Program-made: the position numbers and the translations under genes
From: Takakia lepidozioides
Lineage: Eukaryota > Plantae > Bryophyta
Length of the DNA stretch: 64,000 nucleotides
Assembly: GCA_030704615.1 (NCBI GenBank)
Contig: CM060731.1
Span: 96,155,903-96,219,902 of the forward strand
Reading direction: 5' to 3'
Shown here: positions 50,851 through 63,578 of the stretch, one piece after another
Layout: the number at the start of each line of letters is the position of its first letter
How positions within the stretch are numbered: position 1 is the stretch's first letter
The notes under the pieces: generated by a model
What the model was told of the DNA's origin: nothing
The model's database searches: none
Seen by the model: the letters and a program-made list of their open reading frames with translations, nothing else

Positions 50851-52005
50851 TCACATTTCAGTAATCCTATCACGCTGCAGAAGTGTATGAACGTCAGTGG
50901 GACCCATTGTACACTGGTGAATGCACGTGTCTCGGTGAGGATCACAAAACATCCTGTGAATGTAGATGTAGTATAGGTATGTGCACGGGACAAATTTGGG
51001 TTTCTTTCCAATAGAGCTTGATAAAGTGTTCTGGAAGTCCGGGCATGTGCAATTTGGAAAATTGCCAACAGTTACCTCATAAGTCCTGTCGTGAACAACA
51101 GAACCCGATGTCACCATACTGTACACCCGCCCATAGCCTGGAGGGGGGACAGTGACAACTTGGGTCACCCGACACTGCAGGTTTCTTGCTGACTCAATTT
51201 TGCAATCGTTTTCGGGACCTGCCTCAACACGAAGGACCGGTTTTCCATTTCGTTTCGTAGGCCAGTCGTTCCCGTGTGGTGGACGTGGGGGGAATGCAGA
51301 TTGCGAACCCCGACATGAAACTGGTGTTATGACTACTGGGCCTCTTGGAAGACGAAACCCGGCATCCTCCAGCATCTCAATTTCTTGCTTCGACAGACAT
51401 GTACCCAACTTCACTGGCCACACGGCTGGAATTTGAGGCTTGCTGAGGACTGAATCCCGGCAAGTCCCCATCACACAACGCTGAATGTCATCAGGGCAAA
51501 ACCAAAACTTGTGAGGCCTGGACTCTCGCGCACCGTAATGTTTGAATAAACCAGTGAAAGACGGGGCAGGAGTCCCGCCTCCGCCCCTAGAATTCTTGCT
51601 AGTGCACTTCACAAAGGACAATACCCTAACAGCAGAACACCCAACTTTTGATCCTTGGGCTGTCCGTTCAATGTGCCATATTGCATCCACACAATCGGAC
51701 TCTTCCACCGCTAGCATCATCTCTCCCTCTCCCCGCACTGGAGCAGAGGGATATGAAGCATTGTATACAGCAGAAGAACAGGCACCTACAGAGGGACTGC
51801 CAGATTCGAATGTCGGAGGCCGCACAGGCACACGAGGAATTGAGTAATTATCCCTATCATGCCGATGGGAGTCACCAGCGGATCCTGGTGGGGTGTCAAG
51901 TTTTGCGCTTGCATGAACCAAATCTTTCCTCCCCTTCCAGATGTGGGAGCCTGGACTGCAAAGGTGTTCCATTTGTGAACTCATTCACAGCACGCGCCAT
52001 TTTAG
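50851..52005 (-). pseudogene. 3' half of MULE transposase C (close relative of the X transposase), interrupted by element B
   Basis: PPGSAGDSHRHDRDN, WHIERT..GSKV.C, PAPSFTG, HKFWFC, WPVKLGT and VHDRTYEVTVGNFPNCTCPDF align with X. Homology (KMARAV vs KIARAV) stops exactly at B's end. Confidence 0.88.
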
Positions 52006-52517
52006 GGGGGGTGCTATTCCGTGAGCCCGGAGGCGTGAGCCTGTGAGCCCAGGAAAGCGTGAGCCCAGCACAGGCTCACGCCACGTCAGCATGCAAACAG
52101 TGCCTATTTTCGCGGATGTCACCTATTTCCGAGTGGTGTCACCTATTTCCGCGGGTTGATTTGGGTAGAATTGAGAATGCCTGAACAGTTTTTGATGAGG
52201 TGGACTTCACCGTGATGGATTCACCAACCATTCTTCTAGCAGGAATAGTTTGGGGACCAACTAGCAAATGATGCGAGGATGCTCTACACGAACCAAAGTG
52301 GTTTGTTTGTTTTCGCAATGTACTTAAGTCTGTGAGGTCCACAAAACACCAAATAGATTGAAGGAACAATCCAGGCAGTCCATGCAACCCCCATCTCCAA
52401 CAATAGTTTGTAACCATGAATGTGAATTCCACGCACACATTGCAAACATGACAACAAGGACACACAACCATCCCATTTCAAATTTGGCCCAGAATTAAAC
52501 CAAAAGAAAACTTCATA

Positions 52518-55500
52518 TCAAGTGTCGCAGTCATCACAATCAGTGTCCACCTCCTGTGCTATGTCATCTACAAAGATTCTGGCCCCAACACCACGTGTTC
52601 TACGAAGGCCGTCGTAAGGTGGACTCGGAGTCCCATGAACGGACATGCTTGCTGCGAGTGCCTCCGCATAGACAGGTAGCACGCAAGACCGAGGAGGACC
52701 GCAAACAAGTCCAAATAGGTGTGATAGCCCTGGAGGGCAAGTGGAAGCACGCGGACTCCTGCACATGTCCACAAAACCCCATTTTTAACACAATGATGTA
52801 ATGCACAAGTCCAACAAAGAGGATGTCTCCAATGTGCACTTTGCCTCAAGAACAACGATTCTCGATATTGAAACAACAATGCAAGCATGCAAAGGTTGAA
52901 CTTACTCACAGGCAAAGTCGGAGTCCAGCTCCTTGTCAGAAGTCTCCTCTGTATCAGTATCAACGGACGGGGCTTCGGAAGGACTTGAGAAGTGTGTCCA
53001 CCCAAACCCATCAGGAGGTTCTTGTAAATCTCAGCATCCCCTTCAATCCCAAAGAGATGTCGCGCACTGGCCTTGCAAGCGTGGTAAGAAGCACCTGCAG
53101 TGGAATAGAATGAATGAAGAAGACATTGAAGACACATTTGGAACGGTGGGAAGTGCTGAAAGTGCAAGCTCAATCAAACCTCATGAAATGTGAATGTTGA
53201 AGAGACGAACCTGTGCCCATCGACAAATCCAGAACTCTGGCGTCTGTGTAGGTGCAGCACTCCACAATCGTTTGAATGAAAGCCGGGCTCCTCTCCCTCG
53301 CCCCTCTCCAAGGAACCCCATTCCCCCTTCGCAAGCACACGTTGTTGTCGACGTAGTTGTGATGCATGTCATCCGTGGGGGGATCTGTCCTGTCATCTAT
53401 GAACTTGGCCCCATGAGTGATGGCAAACTCGGTAATGCCGGCCGGAGTCGTTTGTGGATGCACCCGGACGAGACAAACAGCTTCAAATAGACGAGTCTGC
53501 GAACATGACATCCACAAGGAACTAAGAAGCAAAAAAAATCGGGCCCCTACATATGAGTTCGAGCAACCTATACAACCCCATCCGAGAACAACCAAGAAGA
53601 GGAAGAAGAAGGCAAACTCACCATCTCTCCCGACGATCCCCCTTTGTAAAGTACATGCTGTTCACACAATTCCATGTCTTCACGACTCTCATGCCCGAGG
53701 CTTTCAAATAGCTGGAAAGTGCACGGCGACACCGACCGTCGATGGACTGGATGAGCACCAAAACACCTGCATCGGACAGGAAGAAGTTGCAAAAGGAGAA
53801 AACCCACCGCCAGTAGCGCTCATCAAAAGCATTCCAACCCCGGACAAGCACCCGATGGAGGGATATCCGGGACTGCCAACCCATCAGGGATGTCCAAGAT
53901 GATGAGTTCGGCTGCATATGGCTTCTCCTTCCCGTTCACCCAGGATTTGGTCATTTTAGCCTGCAAACAAAAATACAATGGAATTCTCACAAGTTTAGAA
54001 ACGATCCATGCCCACAGTAGACAAAAACAACAGAAGCCACAGAACCCAAAGAGAACACGCACCGTGCTGAGGAACTGCACAATCTTGTCCCACACTGGTG
54101 ATGGCTCGCCCTTGTAATCAGATTTCTTCGACTCCATCATGGCAAGGAACCCGACGTTGGCCATCTACTTTTCCATCACACCAGAAAGACCCCCTTCAAC
54201 AGTATGCCACACAACACATTGCAACCACAGCACAAATAAGTAGTGCAAGAGTGTGCACCTGTAAAGGCATCGTTTCCAGGCTTCCTCTCCTTTTTCTTGC
54301 TGGTCCAGCTCATTTGTTCGACTGATGACACCCTCCTTGCTGAACTCTCTAAAGAAACAAGAGTGTCACACTGTGGCTCTCCATTTCCTCATGTATGCTT
54401 TGAAGGACACCTTCGGTGCTATCATACTGATGCCATAGTCAGCCAGCTGAGTATGCAGAACCGATCTGGCCCTTTCTTCCAACTGCAAAACAATACAAAT
54501 GCAAGAATAAACCCAAAAGCAATCACAGCGAATGTAAGAGGCAATAGAAAGATAAGGACAGGAAAAGAGAAAAGACAGTGACACAGGGAAGGACATCACA
54601 CCTGGCTCCAGTAAGTGGCTTTGTGAAGCCAGGTGTCCAGCACATTGTCACTGACAGGAATGACACGCTGGGTCTTCTTATCTTTCTCCGGCCTTGGGAA
54701 CATGTGGGTATCCCTAATTGTGGGATCGGAGTTCCATATCTGCAGCCACTTCACCTTTTGTTCTAGAGACACAACGGCGGTAGACAACCTGTGCAACTTC
54801 TCCTGGGCCATTTCTGGCTTGCCTGGCTTGTTATAATGGTTTTTTATCTCCAGGAGAAACTGCGGTCCGAATGATGGGTCGGCAATTCTCAACTGCTTCA
54901 CGAAAGCACTCATTATAGTCCTTCTTGTAGCGGTCATCTCTTTCTGGATGCGACTCTCAACCCCCTTTGCTGTCCTTCTCTCCTCAGGGGTAGAGCTGTA
55001 GTATTCCAGTTTGCCACGCTCCCTGCATCTGCAATGTCTTGCTGCAAGGGAATGCAAGAGAGTTGCATCAGCACAAGGTCAAGGGAAACAAACAGAAACA
55101 AACATGTGGAATATGGAAGACCAGATGAAGGAAGATGTATCTCACCGTGTACATGTACTCCATGAAAGCCTCACGGGTCAACGAGTACCACGTTTCCGAT
55201 GTCTTGGAGCTTTCGCACTTCTTGTACATCTCCACTGAAAGGATGGTCTTGAAGTTGGTCAAGGGCATCTGCCCTATCCTTTGTATCCTATACAGTGTGT
55301 GAACCAAACTCGTTTTGACATGCGATGTCTCCGTTCCTCTGCAGAATGATATCTGCAAGTCAGAATGACATTCAAGGTCTTCAATCAAAGAAGAACGGAA
55401 CCACAAGTGGAACATGTAGAATGAGAAACCAACCTGTTCACATCATTCATTGCCGTCAGAAGACCCATCATGTTCCCGTCACAATCCAGCACCATCGATC

Positions 55501-56029
55501 GAACAGAGTAATGCCATGCTTCCTCCTGTGAGTGCAACCTCCCAATGACAGCCATCCATGCAAGCAAGCGGTGGTTCCCATCCCAAACGTGAAACATCTT
55601 TCCCGAGAATGTCTGGGTGGAAGGTTTCCTGGAGAGAAGAAGTTCGAAGGATTCGTTCAGCTGTCTCCAAATGGGGTCCCAGGAGTCCACGATTGACTGA
55701 TCCACGAGGAGCTCATTACCTTTGGAATCCCTAGTAGAAACGTAAAAGACTGCGGTTTCATCCAAATACCCATGCACAAACTCGGCCTCCAGCTTGAGAA
55801 TGTCCTTGACGAGGGGTGTACGAACGACGGGCATGGAAACCAACCTACACAACGGAATCTTCAACCTCCCACCCGGAACAAGCATACTTTGCACCACAAG
55901 CTGAGAGTTTACCTTCTGACCCCCCAGCATCTCAGCGGCTTTGCTTTCATAGAACTCATCGTCCACATCAACAATTATCTCCTTCTCCTGACCCGAAGGG
56001 ACCTCATCTGCCACACTTTGCATCTTCTC
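52518..56029 (-). CDS. Multi-exon ParB/Srx + beta-class amino-MTase-like gene of element B; 5' exons not in view, at least one frameshift near 53840
   Basis: LKIPLCRLVSMPVVR..FHVWDGNHRLLAWM; EKLHRL..KWLQIWN; AELIILDIPDG..WNAFDERYW..LSDAGVLVL; RSPAFIQTIVECC..VLDLSMGTG|ASYHAC..RHLFGIE. Colinear with the A gene. Confidence 0.85.
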
Positions 56030-56094
56030 CTGCAGGGTTGTTCATTCAACTTGACATTAGAGAGGCATGAAACGACGGCTGAGGCATGAAAAAG

Positions 56095-59000
56095 TGGGCT
56101 CAAAGAGTGTGCGTTGACGCACACTATTTTAAGCTGCCAGGTTAGTGTACATTGACCCTCACAGACATGTCCTATGTTGCCGAATTCCACAGAAAAGACA
56201 ATGTAAAACTGGGCTCAAACAGTGTGCGTTGACGCACACTGTTTCACTTGCCATGTAAATGATCATTGAACATCTACTTGTGCCAAGTAAGTGTTCATTG
56301 TAAACTCCAAGATATTTCATCCTCAGAAACATGCCCTAAATGCCGAATTTAAACCGGAAAAAACACTTACATGTTCAACTCAAACAGTGTGCGCCAACGC
56401 ACACTGTTTGAGCTGCCACTGAATGGTTATTTCATCACCATAAACCTGCCCTGGACGTCCGAATTTAACACCAAAAAAATAGTGACATGTAGCGCTCAGA
56501 CAGTGTGCGCCAACGCACACTGTTTGAGCTGCCACTGAATGGTTATTTCATCATCATAAACCTGCCCTGGAAGTCCGAATTTAAAACCAAAAAACCAGTG
56601 ACATGTACAGCTCAAACAGTGTGCGCCAACGCACACTGTTTGAGCTGCCACTGAATGGTTATTTCATCATCATAAACCTGCCCTGGAAGTCCGAATTTAA
56701 CACCAAAAAAACAGTGACATGTACAGCTCAAACAGTGTGCGCCAACGAACACTGTTTGAGCTACCACTGAATGGTTATTTCATCCTCAGAAACGTGCCCT
56801 AAATGCCGAATTTAAACACCAAAAAAACAATTACATGTTCAGCTCAAACAGTGTGCGCCAACGCACACTGTTTGAGCTGCCACTGAATGGTTATTTCATC
56901 CTCAGAAACGTGCCCTAAATGCCGAATTTTAACACCAAAAAACAGTGACATGTTCAGCTCAAACAGTGTGCGCCAACGCACACTGTTTGAGCTACCACTG
57001 AATGGTTATTTCATCATCATAAACCTGCCCTCGAAGTCCGAATTTAAACACCAAAAAAAACAATTACATGTTCAGCCCAAACGGTGTGCGCCAACGCACA
57101 CTGTTTGAGCTACCACTGAATGGTTATTTCATCATCATAAACCTGCCCTGGAAGTCCGAATTTAAACACCAAAAAAAACAATTACATGTTCAGCCCAAAC
57201 GGTGTGCGCCAACGCACACTGTTTGAGCTGCCACTGAATGGTTATTTCATCCTCAGAAATGTACCCTAAATGCCAAATTTTAACACCAAAAAAAAAGTGA
57301 CATGTTCAGCTGCAACAGTGTGCGCCAACGCACACTGTTTGAGCTGCCACTGAATGGTTATTTCATCATCATAAACCTGCCTTGGAAGTCCGAATTTAAC
57401 ACCAAAAAAACAGTGACATGTACAGCTCAAATAGTGTGCGCCAACGCACACTGTTTGAGCTGCCACTGAATGGTTATTTCATCATCATAAAAATGCCCTG
57501 GAAGTCCGAATTTAACACTAAAGAAACAGTGACATGTACAGCTCAAACAGTGTGCGCCAACGCACACTGTTTGAGCTGCCACTGAATGGTTATTTCATCA
57601 TCATCAACCTGCCCTGGAAGTCCGAATTTAACACCAAAAAAACAATGATATGTACAGCTCAAACAGTGTGCGTTGGCGCACACTGTTTGAGCTGCCTCTG
57701 AATGGTTATTTCATCATCATAAACCTGCCCTGGAAGTCCGAATTTAACACCAAAAAAACAGTGACATGTACAGCTCAAACAGTGTGCGCCAACGCACATA
57801 GTTTGAGCTGCCACTGAATGGTTATTTCATCATCATAAACCTGCCCTGGAAGTCCGAATTTAACACCAAAAAAACTGTGACATGTACAGCTCAAACAGTG
57901 TGCGCCAACGCACACTGTTTGAGATGCCACTGAATGGTTATTTCATCCTCAGAAATGTGCCCTTAATGCCGAATTTAAACACCAAAAAAACAATTACATG
58001 TTCAGCCCAAACGGTGTGCGCCAACGCACACTGTTTGAGCCGCCACTGAATGGTTATTTCATCCTCTGAAACGTGCCCTAAATGCCGAATTTTAACACCA
58101 AAAAAACAGTGACGTGTTCAGCTGAAACAGTGTGCGCCAACGCACACTGTTTGAGCTGCCACTAAATGGTTATTTCATCATCATAAACCTGCCCTGGAAG
58201 TCCGAATTTAACACGAAAGAAACAGTGACATGTACAGCTCAAACAGTGAGGTTTTTCGGGGCCCATTTCGGCGCCGTTATCGCCTGCACTCTGGGTATTT
58301 GGTTGGTGGAGCCCAATTACTTTCTTCCAGGGCAGGTTTATGATGATGAAATAACCATTCAGCGGCAGCTCAAACAGTGTGCGTTGGCGCACACTGTTTG
58401 AGTTGAACATGTAAGTGTTTTTTCCGATTGAAATTTGGCATTTAGGGCACGTTTGTGAGGATGAAATAACCATTCAGTGGCAGCTCAAACAGTGTGCGTT
58501 GGCGCACACTTTTTGAGCTGTACATGTCACTGTTTTTTTGGTGTTAAATTCGGACTTCCAGGGCAGGTTTATGAAAATGAAATAACCATTCAGTGGCAGC
58601 TCAAACATTGTGCGTCAGTGACATGTACAGCTCAAACAATGTGCGCCAACGCACACTGTTTGAGCTGCCACTGAATGGTTATTTCATCATCATAAACCTG
58701 CCATGGAAGTCCGAATTTAACACCAAAAAAACAGTGACATGTACAGCTAAAACAGTGTGCGTTGGCGCACACTGTTTGAGCTGTCACTGAATGGTTATTT
58801 CATCCTCAAAAACGTGCCCTTAATGCCGAATTTAAACACCAAAAAACAATTACATGTTCAGCCCAAACGGTGTGCGCCAACGCACACTGTTTGAGCTGCC
58901 ACTGAATGGTTATTTCATCCTCATAAACGTGCTCTAAATGCCGAATTTAAACAACAAAAAAACAATTACATGTTCAGCCCAAACGGTGTGCGCCAACGCA

Positions 59001-62000
59001 CACGGTTTGAGCTGCTACTGAATGGTTATTTCATCATCATAAACCTGCCCTGGAAGTCCGAATTTAACACCAAAAAAACAGTGACATGTACAACTCAAAC
59101 AGTGTGCGCCAACGCACACTGTTTGAGCTGCCACTGAATGGTTATTTCATCATCATAAACCTGTCCTGGAAGTCCGAATTTAACACCAAAAAAACAGTGA
59201 CATGTACAGCTCAAACAGTGTGCGCCAACGCACACTGTTTGAGCTGCCACTAAATGGTTATTTCATACTCAGAAACGTGCCTTAAATGCCAAATTTCAAT
59301 CGGAAAAAACACTTACATGATCAACTCAAACAGTGTGCGCCAACGCACACTGTTTGAGCTGCCACTGAATGGTTACTTCATCCTGAGAAACGTGCCATAA
59401 ATGCCGAATTTTAACTCTAAAAAACACTTACAAGTTCACCTCAAACAGTGTGCGCCAACGCACATTGTTTGAGCTACCACTGAATGGTGATTTCATACTC
59501 AGAAACGTGCCCTAAATGCCAAATTTCAATCGAAAAAAAACACTTACATGATCAACTCAAACAGTGTGCGCCAACACACACTGTTTGAGCTGCCACTGAA
59601 TGGTTATTTCATCATCATAAACCTGCCTTGGATGTCCGAATTTAACACCAAAAAAACACTTACATGTTCAGCTCAAACAGTGTACGCGAACGCACACTAT
59701 TTGAGCTGCCACTGAATGGTTATTTCATACTCAGAAACGTGCCCTAAATGCCGAATTTCAATCGGAAAAAACGCTTACATGTTCAACTCAAACAGTGTTC
59801 GCCAACGCACAATGTTTGAGCAGCCACTCAATGGTTATTTCATCGTCATAAACCAACCCTGGAAGTCCGTATTTAACACCAAAAAAACAGTGACATGTAT
59901 AGCTCAAACAGTGTGCGCCAACGCACACTACTTGAGCTGCCACTGAATGGTTATTTCATCATCATAAACCTGCCCTTGAAGTCCGAATTTAACACCAAAA
60001 AAACAGTGACATGTACAGCTCAAACACTGTGCGCCAACGCACATTGTTTGAGCTGCCACAGAATGGTTATTTCATCATCATAAACCTGCCCTGGAAGTCC
60101 GAATTTAACAGCAAAAAAATAGTGACATGTACAGCTCAAACAGTGTGCGCCAACGCACATTGTTTGAGCTGCCACTGAATGGTTATTTCATCCTCGGAAA
60201 CGTGCCCTAAATGCCAAATTCTAACACTAAAAAACACTTACAAGTTCAGCTCAAACAATGTACGCCAACGCACACTGTTTGAGCTACCACTGAATGGTTA
60301 TTTCATACTCAGAAACAGGCCCTATATGCCAAATTTCAATCGGAAGAAACACTTACATGTTCAACTCAAATAGTGTGCGGCAACGCACACGGTTTGAGCT
60401 GCCACTGAATGGTTATTTCATCATCATAAACCTGCCCTGGAAGTCCGAATTTAACACTAAAAAAACAGTGACATGTACAGCTCAAACAGTGTGCGCCAAC
60501 GCATACTATTTGAGCTGCCACTGAATGGTTATTTCATCATCATAAACCTGCCCTGGAAGTCTGAATTTAACACCAAAAAAACATTGACATGTACAGCTCA
60601 AACAGTGTGCGCCAACGCTCACTGTTTGAGCTGCCACTGAATGGTTATTTCACCCTCAGAAACGTGCCCTAAATGCCGAATTTAAACACCAAAAAAACAA
60701 ATACATGTTCAGCTCAAACGGTGTGCGCCAACGCACACGGTTTGAGCTGCCACTAAATGGTTATTTCATCATCATAAACCTGCCCTGGAAGTCCGAATTT
60801 AACACTAAAGAAACAGTGACATGTGCAGCTCAAACAGTGTGCGCCAACGCACACTGTTTGAGCTGCCACTGAATGGTTATTTCATCATCATAAACCTGCC
60901 CTGGAAGTCCGAATTTAACACCAAAAAAAATAGTGACATGTACAGCTCAAACAGTGTGCGCCAAGGCACACTCTTTGAGCTGCCACTGAATGGTTATTTC
61001 ATCCGCAGAAACGTGCTCTTAATGCCGAATTTAAACACCAAAAAAACAATTACATGTTCAGCCCAAACAGTGTGCGCCAACGCACACTGTTTGAGATGCC
61101 ACTGAATGGTTATTTCATCCTCAGAAATGTGCCCTTAATGCCGAATTTAAACACCAAAAAACAATTACATGTTCAGCCCAAACGGTGTGCGCCAACGCAC
61201 ACTGTTTGAGCCGCCACTGAATGGTTATTTCATCCTCTGAAACGTGCCCTAAATGCCAAATTTTAACACCAAAAAAACAGTGACATGTTCAGCTGAAACA
61301 GTGTGCGCCAACGCACACTGTTTGAGCTGCCACTGAATGGTTATTTCATCATCATAAACCTGCCCTGGAAGTCCGAATTTAACACGAAAGAAACAGTGAC
61401 ATGTACAGCTCAAACAGTGTGGTTTTTCGGGGCCCATTTCGGCGCCGTTATCGCCTGCACTCTGGGTATTTGGTTGGTGGAGCCCAATTACTTTCTTCCA
61501 GGGCAGGTTTATGATGATGAAATAACCATTCAGCGGCAGCTCAAACAGTGTGCGTTGGCGCACACTGTTTGAGTTGAACATGTAAGTGTTTTTTCCGATT
61601 GAAATTTGGCATTTAGGGCACGTTTGTGAGGATGAAATAACCATTCAGTGGCAGCTCAAACAGTGTGCGTTGGCGCACACTTTTTGAGCTGTACATGTCA
61701 CTGTTTTTTTGGTGTTAAATTCGGACTTCCAGGGCAGGTTTATGAAAATGAAATAACCATTCAGTGGCAGCTCAAACAGTGTGCGTCAGTGACATGTACA
61801 GCTCAAACAATGTGCGCCAACGCACACTGTTTGAGCTGCCACTGAATGGTTATTTCATCATCATAAACCTGCCATGGAAGTCCGAATTTAACACCAAAAA
61901 AACAGTGACATGTACAGCTAAAACAGTGTGCGTTGGCGCACACTGTTTGAGCTGTCACTGAATGGTTATTTCATCCTCAAAAACGTGCCCTTAATGCCGA

Positions 62001-63578
62001 ATTTAAACACCAAAAAAACAATTACATGTTCAGCCCAAACGGTGTGCGCCAACGCACACTGTTTGAGCTGCCACTGAATGGTTATTTCATCCTCAGAAAC
62101 GTGCCCTAAATGCCGAATTTAAACAACAAAAAAACAATTACATGTTCAGCCCAAACGGTGTGCGCCAAGCACACTGTTTGAGCTGCTACTGAATGGTTAT
62201 TTCATCATCATAAACCTGCCCTGGAAGTCCGAATTTAACACCAAAAAAACAGTGACATGTACAACTCAAACAGTGTGCGCCAACGCACACTGTTTGAGCT
62301 GCCACTGAATGGTTATTTCATCATCATAAACCTGTCCTGGAAGTCCGAATTTAACACCAAAAAAACAGTGACATGTACAGCTCAAACAGTGTGCGCCAAC
62401 GCACACTGTTTGAGCTGCCACTGAATGGTTATTTCATCCTGAGAAACGTGCCATAAATGCCGAATTTTAACTCTAAAAAACACTTACAAGTTCACCTCAA
62501 ACAGTGTGCGCCAACGCACATTGTTTGAGCTACCACTGAATGGTTATTTCATACTCAGAAACGTGCCCTAAATGCCAAATTTCAATCGGAAAAAACACTT
62601 ACATTATCAACTCAAACAGTGTGCGCCAACACACACTGTTTGAGCTGCCACTGAATGGTTATTTCATCATCATAAACCTGCCTTGGATGTCCGAATTTAA
62701 CACCAAAAAAACACTTACATGTTCAGCTCAAACAGTGTACGCGAACGCACACTATTTGAGCTGCCACTGAATGGTTATTTCATACTCAGAAACGTGCCCT
62801 AAATGCCGAATTTCAATCGGAAAAAACACTTACATGTTCAACTCAAACAGTGTTCGCCAACGCACAATGTTTGAGCAGCCACTCAATGGTTATTTCATCG
62901 TCATAAACCAACCCTGGAAGTCCGTATTTAACACCAAAAAAACAGTGACATGTATAGCTCAAACAGTGTGCGCCAACGCACACTACTTGAGCTGCCACTG
63001 AATGGTTATTTCATCATCATAAACCTGCCCTTGAAGTCCGAATTTAACACCAAAAAAACAGTGACATGTACAGCTCAAACACTGTGCGCCAACGCACATT
63101 GTTTGAGCTGCCACAGAATGGTTATTTCATCATCATAAACCTGCCCTGAAAGTCCGAATTTAACAGCAAGAAAATAGTGACATGTACAGCTCAAACAGTG
63201 TGCGCCAACGCACATTGTTTGAGCTGCCACTGAATGGTTATTTCATCCTCGGAAACGTGCCCTAAATGCCAAATTCTAACACTAAAAAACACTTACAAGT
63301 TTAGCTCAAACAATGTACGCCAACGCACACTGTTTGAGCTACCACTGAATGGTTATTTCATACTCAGAAACAGGCCCTATATGCCAAATTTCAATCGGAA
63401 GAAACACTTACATGTTCAACTCAAATAGTGTGCGCCAACGCACACGGTTTGAGCTGCCACTGAATGGTTATTTCATCATCATAAACCTGCCCTGGAAGTC
63501 CGAATTTAACACTAAAAAAACAGTGACATGTACAGCTCAAACAGTGTGCGCCAACGCATACTATTTGAGCTGCCACTG
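56095..63578. repeat. ~7.4-kb satellite of 116-bp monomers (~60+ copies), each with the hairpin CAGCTCAAACAGTGTGCG-CCAA-CGCACACTGTTTGAGCTG
   Basis: GAATGGTTATTTC recurs at 56421, 56537, 56653 and 56769 (period 116). There are two monomer subtypes, and inverted blocks at ~58324-58615 and ~61495-61786. Confidence 0.97.

Larger units (their letters stand above)
52006..63578. mobile_element. Element B: second ParB-MTase-carrying MULE; one end in the window, the rest off-window or interrupted
   Basis: The terminus GGGGGGTGCTATTCCGTGAGC with repeated GTGAGC parallels A's GGGGGCTGCTATTTCATGAGC/ATGAGC. It cuts transposase C, and its ParB-MTase gene points toward this end as in A. Confidence 0.8.

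Noticed and set aside
56095-63578. CRISPR-like appearance of regularly spaced palindromic repeats
   Set aside because: The sequence between hairpins is itself repeated (two subtypes), so there are no unique spacers; there are no cas genes and the context is eukaryotic.
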